Notes: a model not told the origin generated them from the sequence alone. A DNA stretch of 64,000 nt from an uncultured delta proteobacterium (GCA_963767925.1 CAVYGB010000010.1:448001-512000), one strand, 5' to 3'; shown: positions 30,595 through 40,785, counted from the stretch's first letter. Numbers and translations are program-made.

Positions 30595-32150
30595 GCCCAG
30601 CACCCGGGAGAGGAGGCCGCCAGCTCGAGGTAGTCCCACATGTCGCGGAGGTCCGCCCTGACGAGGGTCGCGGCCTCCGGGCTGCGGTGACGGAGGCTCC
30701 GGAACCAGGTCCTGACCCAGAGCAGGACCGCTTCACCCAGCCGCTCCAGGGTCAACCGGGCCAGGTCTTGCGAGCTGGCCAGGTCTGCCAGCTCGGCCAT
30801 CAGGAAGGGCACGTCGCTGATCGGAAAGCGGGTCTCCAGCAAGAAGGAGGCAACCTCGAGCTCGAGGCAGCTGAGCTGACTCTTGCGAAAATAGTAGTTG
30901 CCCCAGCTGGCGTCGGCGTGGAACCGGAGAACTCGGCCCTCAGGGGCAACCTGCCAGTGCCAGCCAGGATGTGAGTAGATGAGAGAGCTGCGCAGCAGCC
31001 GCCCGGTACCTCCCGGGCCGCCCACCTGGGCGGGTACGAGGAGCGTCGGCCAGGTGGGGACGGGGCCACCGTCCAGGCGCTTTGCCCGGAGGGCGTCCAG
31101 CGCGGCCGTCATCTCTGCCCGCAGCGGTCGGGTCAGCCACCTCCCGTCGAGAGACGTCCCGCCCGCGAACAGCCGGCGCCAGTACTGCGCCACCTGTTGC
31201 CTGAGTCGCCGGCGCCCGTCCTGGTCAGACGTTTGGTAGACGCTGCGAAAGCTACGCAGGCCCTGCAGGTGGCGGCTGAGGAGGTATCCGTCGAGGTACC
31301 ACACGGGTGGCTGCAGGAGATCGCAGGACTGGACCCTGGCGAACTCTTCTCGCCCGAACAGGCTCTCGCCCATGAAGCGGGCATGAACAACCGGCTCCCC
31401 TTTCGATCGAAGCACGAACGGCGTCTTGTGGGGGTTGACCAGGTGTCGCGGTCTCCGCGGTACCTCCGGATGATTCCAGGCGCGCCAGCAATGTCCGCCT
31501 TCGTAGCGTGCCGCCAGACCCCGAACCCGCCAGCCGATCTCCAGGTCGCGAGGGTCCCCTTCGAGGTCGGGAACATGTTCCAGTAGACGGGTGATCAGCC
31601 GGGGGTGTTGCTCAGGGAGCAGGAGCTGCCACAGGCGGCGGTCTGCCGCGTCCCGCAACGGGGTCACGCGTCTGAGCGCTCGCCGCTTCCCACCCTCGAT
31701 GAGCTGGATACGGCCCGGCGAGCTCGTCCAGATTGTGCCGCATCCCGACAGCGCGCTCGCTAGCCCCATGACCGTGGCCCCCGTGTCGGCCTGGTCGTCC
31801 ACGATGACGACGTCCCGGCCCCCCACGCAGGCCGCCCGGACCGGCGCCAGCTCTTCGATCGAATAGGAGCGATCTCTTCGGGTCAGCGGCCGTACCGTCG
31901 TGTACGAAAGGTGGCCATCGCCGGCGGCGATACGCGCGGCCCACATCGGCGCGAGGTAACTGCCGCCCGTGCGGATCCCGACCACCACGGGTGCCTCCGC
32001 CCCTGGGTCGCGAGTCGCCAGCCACCACCCGGCGTCGGAGTGGCAGACCTCCGGATCGGCCAGATCGAAGCCCAGGCATTCCGGCATGGGTGGGCAGAGC
32101 ATCTTGTCGGTCAGCTCTTCCAGACGGCCAGGCGCGGGCGACACGGCTTC
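30591..32150 (-). CDS. Phosphoribosyltransferase-domain protein with long uncharacterised C-terminal region; start uncertain or lost
   Basis: VVGIRTGGSYLAP and PRPP-binding loop VVIVDDQADTGAT. Confidence 0.65.
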   Translation of the reverse strand, partial: EAVSPAPGRLEELTDKMLCPPMPECLGFDLADPEVCHSDAGWWLATRDPGAEAPVVVGIRTGGSYLAPMWAARIAAGDGHLSYTTVRPLTRRDRSYSIEELAPVRAACVGGRDVVIVDDQADTGATVMGLASALSGCGTIWTSSPGRIQLIEGGKRRALRRVTPLRDAADRRLWQLLLPEQHPRLITRLLEHVPDLEGDPRDLEIGWRVRGLAARYEGGHCWRAWNHPEVPRRPRHLVNPHKTPFVLRSKGEPVVHARFMGESLFGREEFARVQSCDLLQPPVWYLDGYLLSRHLQGLRSFRSVYQTSDQDGRRRLRQQVAQYWRRLFAGGTSLDGRWLTRPLRAEMTAALDALRAKRLDGGPVPTWPTLLVPAQVGGPGGTGRLLRSSLIYSHPGWHWQVAPEGRVLRFHADASWGNYYFRKSQLSCLELEVASFLLETRFPISDVPFLMAELADLASSQDLARLTLERLGEAVLLWVRTWFRSLRHRSPEAATLVRADLRDMWDYLELAASSPGCWA

Positions 32151-32169
32151 GACCTCCGGCAGACCGCCG

Positions 32170-32400
32170 GTCGCGAGACCACCACCGTGTGGGGGCCGAT
32201 CTCTCCGCTCTCCAGCCCGTGCTCGATGATCCGGCGGGCCGGGCGATCCTTGAGGCTCCCGCTGGGGTTGAGCATCTCCAGCTTGCCGAAGACGCGCACC
32301 GGCAGCTCCGGGTACAGCCGGGTAAGAGCCACCAGCGGCGTCGAGCCGACCGCCGAAAGGACTCCATCGCCAGGGCGCCGCCTCAAGAGGGATTGACCTC
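32170..32400 (-). pseudogene. Cysteine synthase/SbnA-like PLP enzyme N-terminal fragment
   Basis: VG.TPLV.L...KLE.LNPSGSLKDRPA; breaks off just before the expected ESSSGN motif. Confidence 0.8.
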
Positions 32401-32844
32401 CGATCGCCGGCACGGGAGCCCTCCAAGCACCAGTCGCGCTCTCTGAGCACTGGACAGGCATCCGCAAACGAAGACGACCGTCGCCTGGCCCCCGCCGAAG
32501 CGCTCGTCCGACTGCTCGCGGAGGACCTCCGCGAACGCGGTGTCTTGCCCTCGCGAGCAGGACGCATTGTGAAGCCTCATCCGTGCATCAGCCACGCAGA
32601 TACCAGTAACGCGTTCGTGGGAACGGCCCAGCGTCGCAAAGCGCAGCACCTCTGCGATCGCATCTGCTTGCTCATTTCATCGCCCTGACAGCGTGGTCTG
32701 TGCTGGTGGTGCGGCGTTTTGCGGCAGCTCCTGGACACTGGCCTGGAGTACTTGAGAAAGGGTGCCTCCGACCACGCGCTCGCTAGCCCTGGCAGGGTCG
32801 CCCCTCGCGGCGGCTACCCGACCGCCTTCGGATCGCGAGGCCCC

Positions 32845-33789
32845 GTGGCGGTAACTCGGGTGCTGGTCACCGGCGGCGCCGGCTTCATCGGATCGCATCT
32901 CTGCGACCGCCTTTTGGCCGACGGCCATGAGATCGTGTGTCTGGACAACTTCTTCACCGGGAGTCGGTCCAACATCTTGCACTTGCTGGGACATCCGAAG
33001 TTCGAGTTGCTCCACCGCGACGTGCAGGAACCTTTCACGGCGGAGGTCGACCTCGTCTATCACCTGGCCTGCCCGGCCTCGCCGATCCACTACCGACGCA
33101 ACCCCGTTCGCACCATCCGGACCGCGGTACAGGGAACCCTCAACCTGCTGGAGGTAGCGCGGGAGGCACGTGCGCGCATGCTCATCGCGTCGACCTCGGA
33201 GGTTTATGGCGATCCCCAGGAGCACCCCCAGCGTGAGACCTACTGGGGGCACGTCAATCCGATCGGACCTCGCTCCTGCTACGACGAGGGCAAGAGGTGC
33301 GCAGAGGCGCTCGCCACCGCCTACACCACCCAGGTCGGAACCGAGGTGCGGGTGGCACGCATTTTCAACACCTACGGGCCCCGCCTTCATCAGGACGACG
33401 GCCGTGTGGTCTCCAACTTCGTGGTTCAGGCGTTGAAGGGACTTCCTATCACCATCTTCGGCGACGGACGACAGACGCGATCCTTCTGTTTCGTTTCCGA
33501 CCTGGTCGAGGGACTCTGTCGTCTCATGGTCAGTGAGCAGACTGGGCCCGTCAACCTGGGCAATCCCCACGAAGTGTCCATGCTCGAGCTCGCCAAGCTG
33601 ATCATCCAGCTCACGCGCTCCAGCTCCAAGGTGGTGCACCATGAGCTTCCGGAAAATGATCCCAGCAGGCGGCAGCCCGACATAACCCGAGCCAAGCAAT
33701 CGCTCGGAGGCTGGTCGCCGCGGGTGGGCCTGGAGGAGGGCTTGCTGTCGACCATTCGTGATTTCCGCGAACGTTTAGGATGTGCTTGA
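32845..33789 (+). CDS. UDP-glucuronic acid decarboxylase (UDP-xylose synthase) family SDR
   Basis: TGGAGFIGSHL, YHLACPASP..Y, STSEVYGDP, CYDEGKR, RIFNTYGPR, DGRVVSNF. Confidence 0.93.
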   Translation: MAVTRVLVTGGAGFIGSHLCDRLLADGHEIVCLDNFFTGSRSNILHLLGHPKFELLHRDVQEPFTAEVDLVYHLACPASPIHYRRNPVRTIRTAVQGTLNLLEVAREARARMLIASTSEVYGDPQEHPQRETYWGHVNPIGPRSCYDEGKRCAEALATAYTTQVGTEVRVARIFNTYGPRLHQDDGRVVSNFVVQALKGLPITIFGDGRQTRSFCFVSDLVEGLCRLMVSEQTGPVNLGNPHEVSMLELAKLIIQLTRSSSKVVHHELPENDPSRRQPDITRAKQSLGGWSPRVGLEEGLLSTIRDFRERLGCA

Positions 33790-34091
33790 TCGAGGCCCTG
33801 CCCAATCCTGCGATGAATTGTTAGGCCGCTGTCTCCATCGGGAAGGCTGCGACGCCTACCGGAAGAAGAACGCCGCCGCCCCCCTCGACGAATTCGATCC
33901 CAGCCGCGCCATCGCCATCACCCGCCGCTACGAACCCTTCGACGCCGCCGGAAACATCATCCTCCAGAACGGCTGGGACAACTTCTTCTTCTGCCCGCCC
34001 CCATCCCGGCCCGCTGCTCCCCGCCGGAACCGGTGAAGGCGGGTGCCGTACCCCGCGGATTCGCGCGCAGGCCCGGCGAACGGGAGCGCCT

Positions 34092-34183
34092 CGAGCGCTT
34101 CGACGAGGCGGCGGTGCTCGGCTTCGATCTGCTCGGGCCGGCGTCGCCGGTCAGGATGAGCAGCGGGAAGGGCGGCGAACCGG
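34092..34183 (-). repeat. Degenerate copy of the 3' end of the DUF6807 gene (35118-35206)
   Basis: 29-bp identity between 34108-34136 and 35134-35162; both encode EQIEAEHRR. Confidence 0.85.
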
Positions 34184-34246
34184 ACGGGGATCGCTGCAGC
34201 TACAACGCTGGTCTGCCGATGGGGTAGCGAGACCGCGAGGGTTTCC

Positions 34247-34894
34247 ATGGACGCGTCCCTGAGCACCGTCATCCCGTTGTTCCTGATCTGCGCCGGCGTC
34301 GCCGTGTACGGGGCCGAGTCCCGTCACCCCTGGCTGCTCCTCTTGACCAAGCCGCTGACCACAGCGCTCCTGTTCCTTGTCGCCGGGTGGCCCGTCGAGC
34401 GCTTCCAGGTCCTGATCTGGCTTGGCATCCTGCTGTCGCTCTGGGGGGACGTGGCGTTGCTGAGCGACTCCGCCCGGGCGTTCCTGGTCGGGCTGGTGCT
34501 GTTCCTGGGAGCGCACCTTTGCTACATCGGCGCCTTCGTGGGCGTGGGACGCCCGTCGGCCAGCCTGATTGTCGTGGTGCTCGCCGTCGGCGCCGCCACG
34601 CTGCTGCTGCTGCGTCGGCTGTGGCCACGGGTGGGGAGCTTGCGGCCGGCGGTCCTGGTCTATGGCACGGCCATCAGCCTGATGGTCATCACGGCCTTCG
34701 GCACCCGCGGCGGGGAGCTGCCCGCCCGGGCTTCGACCTGGGCCATCGCCGGGGCCCTGCTGTTTTACATCTCGGACTCCAGCCTGGCCCTCAATCGGTT
34801 CGACCGGCCGATCAAACATGCCAGCTTGCTGACCCTGGGTGTGTACTGGCTGGGACAGCTGGGGATCGCCCTGGCCGCCCGCCTGAGCGGCTGA
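34247..34894 (+). CDS. YhhN/lysoplasmalogenase family membrane protein
   Basis: KPL, GDV.LL, FL.AHL.YI, GALLF..SDS.LA.NRF, Y..GQ. Confidence 0.9.
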   Translation: MDASLSTVIPLFLICAGVAVYGAESRHPWLLLLTKPLTTALLFLVAGWPVERFQVLIWLGILLSLWGDVALLSDSARAFLVGLVLFLGAHLCYIGAFVGVGRPSASLIVVVLAVGAATLLLLRRLWPRVGSLRPAVLVYGTAISLMVITAFGTRGGELPARASTWAIAGALLFYISDSSLALNRFDRPIKHASLLTLGVYWLGQLGIALAARLSG

Positions 34895-35112
34895 GAACGA
34901 GCAGCCGCCCGCGCCTCCCCGCTATCGCCTCTCTCCGTCCAGCCGGGCGGCCATCGATCTGGCCGCGCACGTGGTCAGCACCCGAGGGTTTCGGGCTCCC
35001 GCCCGCGCTTCGGCATCGACGGGTAGACCAGAAAACGGCTGCTTCGCCGGATTGCCGCGGCCTGCCTGGGTCCGGCCCGCAAGCGGGCGCGCCCGCGCCC
35101 GGGGACCGGGCG

Positions 35113-36198
35113 TTACTTGAGCTCTTCGACGAAGCGGCGGTGCTCGGCTTCGATCTGCTCGGAGCGGGCGTGACCGGTGAGGATGAGCAGGCGGTAGGCG
35201 AAGCGGGTGGGAGGCCCGGCGGGGAGGACGAAGCTCAGAGTGTTCTTGCCCTGGCTGAGGGCGCTCTGGCCGAGGGGGTTGGCGGCGAAAAGGCCCCAGG
35301 GGCGAGCGTGCCAGTGGGTCGGGTAGCCGGGGTTGCCCGGGTGGTCGAGCAAGGCCAGGGTGACGGGGCCGCCGTCCTCGCCTTCCAGGGTTCCGGTGAG
35401 CATCATCCAGCGGCCGCGCGTGCCCCACACAGCTTCTCCCTCGATCCCCTCGCTGCTGCGGTAGCGGCCGGTCCCGGCCGGGTTCTTGCTGTGCGGGTGC
35501 TCGAGGGACCGGGCCAGACGCAGCCCCAGGGTCCCCTCCTTGTTGTCGGGCATCTTCACGGGGCCGCCGGGGGACGAGAGCAAGGCGATCCTGTCGATCG
35601 ACCGCCGCCCCGGCGCTCCCGCGAAGACGTAGCGGGTCTCCTCGTGCACCGCCGTCGCGCCCGAAGGTCCGACCCAGTCGCTGCTCACCTCCAGCTCGCC
35701 CTGGCCGCGCCCGCCACGGGCGCTGCGGACGGCGCGGTGGACGACGCTCCCTTTGGCCCTGGCCGCCTCGGGCGACAGGGCGGTGGAGTTGCCCCAGAAG
35801 TCCAGGCCGTCCACGTCGCCATAGTTGAACCAGAAGCCTATGTGGTGCGGGTGGTCGGTGGCCTCGCCCGGGCGGGGCTCGACCGGCCAGCCGCGGGTGA
35901 CGATCCCCTGGTGCTCGCTGCGGATGGGGAGCAGCAAGGGCTTCTTGAGGTCCGGATCGAAGCGGTAGGTGGTGAACGGCTGCCCATCGATGAGCACATC
36001 CACCCGTTTCCCGTCATGCGGCACCACGCTCACCTGCGGGACCTCCGCCGCAACGGCCGCCGGGCGCGCCACCCCGGCGGGGTCTTCGCCTGCGGCGGGC
36101 AAGGGCGGTTGTCCGCCCCGCGGCCAGCAGGCCGCCAGCAGGAGGGGCGCGATCAGCAACGGAAGGCGAAGGGCATGGCGGTCGGCTCTGGAGCGCAT
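35113..36198 (-). CDS. DUF6807 / PmoA-like family lipoprotein
   Basis: TRGWP.EP..GE..DHPHH.G.WF.YGDV.G.DFW, DHP.NP.YPT.WHAR.WGLFAANP. Confidence 0.8.
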   Translation of the reverse strand: MRSRADRHALRLPLLIAPLLLAACWPRGGQPPLPAAGEDPAGVARPAAVAAEVPQVSVVPHDGKRVDVLIDGQPFTTYRFDPDLKKPLLLPIRSEHQGIVTRGWPVEPRPGEATDHPHHIGFWFNYGDVDGLDFWGNSTALSPEAARAKGSVVHRAVRSARGGRGQGELEVSSDWVGPSGATAVHEETRYVFAGAPGRRSIDRIALLSSPGGPVKMPDNKEGTLGLRLARSLEHPHSKNPAGTGRYRSSEGIEGEAVWGTRGRWMMLTGTLEGEDGGPVTLALLDHPGNPGYPTHWHARPWGLFAANPLGQSALSQGKNTLSFVLPAGPPTRFAYRLLILTGHARSEQIEAEHRRFVEELK

Positions 36199-36406
36199 CT
36201 CTCTTCTCCGATACCGCGGCCACGTCGCGAGCGGGGAAAAAAGATCCCCAACGTTGCCCACGGCGCGCCAGGACCGTCATCCTGTCGGGCCTGTCGCGAG
36301 CTTTGATCGGCAGCGGATGGTAGCAGGCGAGGATCTCGCCACGGGCCGGCTGCAGCGGGCGCTGGGAGGAGCGTTTCCGGGCGTCTGCGGTGTTGCTCTG
36401 CGCGTA

Positions 36407-37156
36407 TCACGCGCGGCGGTAGGCGCAGATCCGCTCGCTCCCCAGGAGGCGCCAGCGGGGATGGTGGGGCCAACCATGCAGGAACGTGCTCAGCCGGTAG
36501 AGCCATCCTTGGCTCAGGAACTGCTGCAGCGGTCGCAGCAGCCCGTAGCGATACTCGCCCGCGAACGTGAGGCCCCGGCTGGCGAGCAGCCGGTCGACCT
36601 GGCCGGCCGCGAGCCGATTCCAGGCGTAGCGATCGGAGCGGATATGGCTGCGCAGCCGCGAATAGAGCACCAGGGCGGCGCCCACGGGGTGAGCGGCGTC
36701 CGTGTGCTCGATGATGGCGAGCCCCCCGCGCAGGAGGCGGGCTGCCAGCCAGTCGAGCGTCTCGAGGGGCGACTCGACGTGCGCCAGAAGCCCCGCGCAG
36801 ATGATGAGGTCGAACTGCCGGCCGTCGTCGGGAAGATCCAGGAAGCTCACTCCTCGAAAGTCCACCTGCGCAAGCAGGGAGGGCGGCGTCCGGGAGCGAG
36901 CGGCCTCCAGCATCCCTCGGGACGTGTCAACGAGCGTCAGGTGGCCGCCCTGGCCCAGCAGGGGCAGCGAGAGCGAGCCATCGCCACAGCCGATGTCGAG
37001 GATCCTCTCACGCCTTCCCGCGAATAGCACGACCGCCTCCTGCCTCAGGCGCAACACATGTTCCTGCGCGAGGTGGTGGGAGACATCTTCGAAGTAACGA
37101 CGTACCTTGCGTGCGCGGGACGCCTCCTGATCCCCGGTACCCGGCTGCAAGCTCAT
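36407..37156 (-). CDS. Class I SAM-dependent methyltransferase
   Basis: ILDIGCGDG, VDTS.GML, FDLIIC.GLLAHV. Confidence 0.85.
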   Translation of the reverse strand: MSLQPGTGDQEASRARKVRRYFEDVSHHLAQEHVLRLRQEAVVLFAGRRERILDIGCGDGSLSLPLLGQGGHLTLVDTSRGMLEAARSRTPPSLLAQVDFRGVSFLDLPDDGRQFDLIICAGLLAHVESPLETLDWLAARLLRGGLAIIEHTDAAHPVGAALVLYSRLRSHIRSDRYAWNRLAAGQVDRLLASRGLTFAGEYRYGLLRPLQQFLSQGWLYRLSTFLHGWPHHPRWRLLGSERICAYRRA

Positions 37157-37163
37157 CGCGCCT

Positions 37164-37745
37164 CTACGCCAGGCCCCGGGCAACCAGCAACCGTCGGTAG
37201 AGGGTGGCCAGGCCGCGGCACAGCCGATGGGCGCTGTATCGCATGGCCGTTCGACGGCGCAGCGTCGGCACGTCCCGCATGGGTAGATCCGAGGCCAGCA
37301 CCTGGGCCATGCCGGCGGCAAAGGCCTCGGGGGTGAAGGGGGGCTCGACGATCGCTCCGAACGGCTGCTCTCCGGCGATGTCCCTCAGGCCGCCCACCGC
37401 CGTGGCCACGACCGGGACGCCCGCGGCCATGGCCTCGATGACCGCCAGCGGTGTTCCCTCGTTGCGCGACATCATGGCGACGACGTCGAAGTCCGAGTAG
37501 AGGTTCGCCAGGTCGAAACGCCAGCCGAGAAAGTGGACCCGATCGCCCAGGCCGAGCGCCGCTGCTTGCTGCCGCAGCTCGCCCGCCAGTTCGCCGTCCC
37601 CCGCGACGACGACGTGGGGACGGTGGCCCGCGCGGGCGGGCAGCAGGGCCACCGCGCGCAGCAACAAGTCGTGGTTCTTGATGGGCGCCAGCCGGGCGAC
37701 CGCTCCGATCACGGGGACCTCGGACGGCAGGCCGAGCTCGTGGGC
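37164..37745 (-). pseudogene. GT4 glycosyltransferase C-terminal half
   Basis: IGAVARL.PIKNH, GDGEL, S.NEG.PL.VIEAMAAGVPVVAT.VGG; N-terminal domain replaced by the intron relic. Confidence 0.85.
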
Positions 37746-37762
37746 GTGTTCGAGCCCGTGTT

Positions 37763-38270
37763 GTCGGGTAGCCCGAGGCAGTTACCCACCCCGGGCGCCC
37801 ACCGGAACCGGACAAGGAGATTTCCACCATCCGGCTCTTCCGCCGAGACGTCTCACGTCAGCTTTGCCCAGAGCTGAACTTTCAGCCGTGGGCGCGGCAG
37901 CGGGAATGCTCGAAGAAGGTCCCCGAAGCGCTGCCAGTTCAGGCGCGTGCGGTTGCTCCGGCGTCGCAGCCACCGGTACCAGATTCTCTCCGCGGCCCTC
38001 ACGAGCCGGGAAATGCAGGCCAGGTTGCCGTTGACGCCGAAGTAGTTGATATGTCCGCTGATGCGCCTGCAGAGCGAGGCGTGCTGCTCCTTGACCGGCT
38101 CGTGTCGGTGGCGCCGACAGAAGTCGTTGCTGGCTTGCTTGGCCCTCTGGAGCCTCGCCTTTCGGGTTTTGAAGTTCTGCCCCCAGTGACCCTTCCGGGT
38201 CCTCTGCCACAAGAGCGTGAAACCCAGAAAGTCGAAGCTTCCCGGTCCCTTGCCTCCATCGACACCACGA
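37763..38270 (-). mobile_element. 5'-truncated group II intron (RT7 + maturase X + domains V/VI)
   Basis: D5 GAGCCGGATGGTG-GAAA-TCTCCTTGTCCGGTTC with AGC triad; D6 ending CTACCCGAC at 37763; upstream IEP fragment. Confidence 0.9.
37853..38270 (-). pseudogene. ltrA: Group II intron reverse transcriptase/maturase C-terminal fragment
   Basis: GKGPGSFDFLGFTLLW (RT7); CRRHRH...GH.NYFGVNGN...W.RWL.RRS (domain X); no YADD present. Confidence 0.88.
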
Positions 38271-38285
38271 CGGCCGCGGCAGTCA

Positions 38286-38639
38286 TCAGGGTTGGTGGCG
38301 GTGCATGCCGGCGAGCCGAGTGAGCATCGCCCACAGCCGGTCGAGCAGAGACATCACCGCTTCGATCTCGGTATCGGGAGCAAGTCCCAGGATTGCAACC
38401 GCCTCCAAGGCGGCTGCCGCCTCGGACGCTTCGCCTCTGGCGGTGCGGAACCGTGAGATCCTGTCGGCGCCCGTTCGGCTGGATGCCTCGGCGATGCCCA
38501 GGTATGCCGACAACAGCGCGCGCCGAAGCTGGTCCTGCAACGTCGCATACCCGCGTGGCATTCTCCGCGCAAGAGCGTCGGCCGCGGCGAGGGCCACGGC
38601 CAGGAAGCCTGGCCTCCGGCGGCGATCGGGGAGCGACAC
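38286..38639 (-). CDS. Four-helix-bundle protein (23S rRNA IVP-like), N-terminus apparently lost
   Basis: L.DQLRRA..S..LGIAEA.SR...DR..RFR.ARGEA.E.AAALE...MLTRL. Confidence 0.8.
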   Translation of the reverse strand: MSLPDRRRRPGFLAVALAAADALARRMPRGYATLQDQLRRALLSAYLGIAEASSRTGADRISRFRTARGEASEAAAALEAVAILGLAPDTEIEAVMSLLDRLWAMLTRLAGMHRHQP

Positions 38640-38904
38640 ACGGCGCTACCGGGGCGCGAGCCGGGCCCAGCCGAACGCAGGGCAGACGCGTCCGGCGGCA
38701 CCTCGCCAGCTCATTAGCCGGCAAAGGTGGTCTCTGCCCAGGCTCGGCGCGGTGGGATTCCTGCCGGCGGAGATCGTGAACTGCTCGGCGCCCCTGGCAC
38801 CTTCAAAGAAGTTGCGTCCCTGGCCGTCACGGCCCTGTCCAGCGGCGAAAGAGAGGGTTTGAGGCCGGGCGGCGCCCCGAGGGTCGCCCGGCCGCCCGCC
38901 CCGG

Positions 38905-39864
38905 TCACTTGCGGGTCAGCTGTCCGCGGATTTCACCGATCGGGAAGTCCTCGGAGTGCACGTTCACGTAGAAGCCCCCGCTGTCGAGGAGGTCCAGGTC
39001 CCGGGCGCTCATGTCGAAGACGCCCGTGAGGGTGCCGGCCTCCTCGCCCACGGGCCGGATGGTCAGGTCGAAGCGGATCTCGCCGTTGATCCCGGGGGGG
39101 CCCTCGTGGATGTGGGCGACCGTCGAGGGGGCGAGCAGCCGGTCGAAGGATCCGTCGGTGCGGATCTGCTCCTCGCGGTCGTCGAGGATGGCCGCCAGGG
39201 AGCCCCGGCCCCTGGTCGTCACGGTTGGCACCTCCTGGCCTCCCGACAGGGGGGAGGCGGTGAAGAGGGTCTCGCCCTGCCGCAGGAGCTGGCCGCGGAC
39301 CTCACCGTCGGGGTTGGCCTGCGCGTGCACGTTCACATAGAGCCGTCCGGCGCGCAGGTTGGCGATGTCGGCGCGGCTCAGGCGGGCGTTCCCGACGCTG
39401 AAACGCCGGCTGTCGAGCGCGACGACGATGGGCCCGTTGGCCCCGCCGGGGGCGCGGTGGATGTGGGCGACGGTGGCCCCGCCGACGTTGTGCTGAAGGG
39501 CGAAGATGACGTCACGCTCGTTCCCGCTCACGATGAGCGCCATCTGCAACCGGGCCCGGGTCCTGACCGCTGGCACCTCCTCGCCGCCATCGCCGTTGGC
39601 CACGAACACGTGATCGGCAAGACCGTCCGGCTGGGTGAGAAGGGAGATGGGCGGATCGACTTCGCCGATCGGCGGAAGGCCGGTGTGATCCAGCCGCTCG
39701 AGCCGCTGGATCGCCTGCTCGAGCTGGGGCCGGAGGGCCTCGAGATCGGGAGGGGGACCGTCCGGTTCGGACGGCTCGTCTTCATGGGCGCCGCACGCTG
39801 CGGCCAGCAACACAGTTGCGAAAAGAGTGAGATTCCCTTGTCGTGAGCACTGGACTCTATTCAT
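38905..39864 (-). CDS. Lipoprotein with two CHRD domains
   Basis: LAAAC lipobox; two copies of AHIH...G.NG and YVNVH....P.GE.RGQL. Confidence 0.9.
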   Translation of the reverse strand: MNRVQCSRQGNLTLFATVLLAAACGAHEDEPSEPDGPPPDLEALRPQLEQAIQRLERLDHTGLPPIGEVDPPISLLTQPDGLADHVFVANGDGGEEVPAVRTRARLQMALIVSGNERDVIFALQHNVGGATVAHIHRAPGGANGPIVVALDSRRFSVGNARLSRADIANLRAGRLYVNVHAQANPDGEVRGQLLRQGETLFTASPLSGGQEVPTVTTRGRGSLAAILDDREEQIRTDGSFDRLLAPSTVAHIHEGPPGINGEIRFDLTIRPVGEEAGTLTGVFDMSARDLDLLDSGGFYVNVHSEDFPIGEIRGQLTRK

Positions 39865-40152
39865 GCGTCCTCTCGTTGCGGACAAAGCCGCACCTGCCTG
39901 GCCCGATATCAGCGCCCCGGCGGTGCCGAGGTCCGATAGCGAGCCACGGGACAACATGAGGTCCGCTCGGCCGCCGCTCTCCCCGTGCCAGGGCGATTGC
40001 GTGACGCTCGGACAGGGCCGACGTCTGGCACGACGTCCATCGGGGTCGCTTCATGCAGACAAATTTCCTCATTGATGCGGCTGAATTCCTCCGCAATCCG
40101 CGACGGCGTCAGGCTGTCGTCGACGGGGATTTCGTGCAACGATCGGGGATCC

Positions 40153-40785
40153 ATGGTTGGGCCTCTACCCTGGTTGCCAGGCAAGCGCCCGGGGGGGCCC
40201 GGCCGGCGCCGGGCCTCGCTGACGTTGATGGCAGCGGCGCTGCTGGCGGGCGCTCCCGCTCGTGCCCAGGAATCCACGCCCCCCAGCATCTCGCCCCGGG
40301 ATGAAGCCGCGGCCAAGCTCCACTACGAAAAGGGAACCGCCGCTTATGCCCTCGGGGACTTCGTGGAAGCCGCCAGGCAATACGAGGAAGCCTTCCGCTT
40401 GAAGCTGGACCCGGCGCTGCTGTTCAACGCCGCCCAGGCGCAGCGTCGGGCGGGCAACCGCCAGCGCGCCATCGAGCTTTACGAGAACCTGCTGCGGGTG
40501 TTCCCCACCGGCACCGGTCACGAGAAGGCGCGGCAACACCTCGACGCGCTCAGGGGGTCCGCGGCCCTGGAGCGACCCGCGTCCAGGGAACGCCCTGGGC
40601 CGACGCCGCCCCCGGCTGCCCTCCGTGCCGGGCCACCGCCCGCACCCGCGCGGCCAGCGCTTTACCATCAGACGTGGTTTCTGGCGACCGTCTCCGCGGT
40701 GGTGATCGCGGGTGTGGTCGGCGTGGCGGTACGTGCGGCGGGCGACAAGCCGGCCCGGCCGAGCTGGGGGCAGGTGGGCCGGTGA
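40153..40785 (+). CDS. Exported TPR protein with C-terminal TM segment (myxobacterial type)
   Basis: A..HYEKG..AY.LG.F.EA...YEEAF.L..DP.LLFN.AQA.R. Confidence 0.85.
   Translation: MVGPLPWLPGKRPGGPGRRRASLTLMAAALLAGAPARAQESTPPSISPRDEAAAKLHYEKGTAAYALGDFVEAARQYEEAFRLKLDPALLFNAAQAQRRAGNRQRAIELYENLLRVFPTGTGHEKARQHLDALRGSAALERPASRERPGPTPPPAALRAGPPPAPARPALYHQTWFLATVSAVVIAGVVGVAVRAAGDKPARPSWGQVGR

Noticed and set aside
35113..36198. Methane monooxygenase subunit
   Set aside because: The PmoA-like label for this soluble DUF6807 family is nominal; there is no multi-TM topology and no pmoCB.
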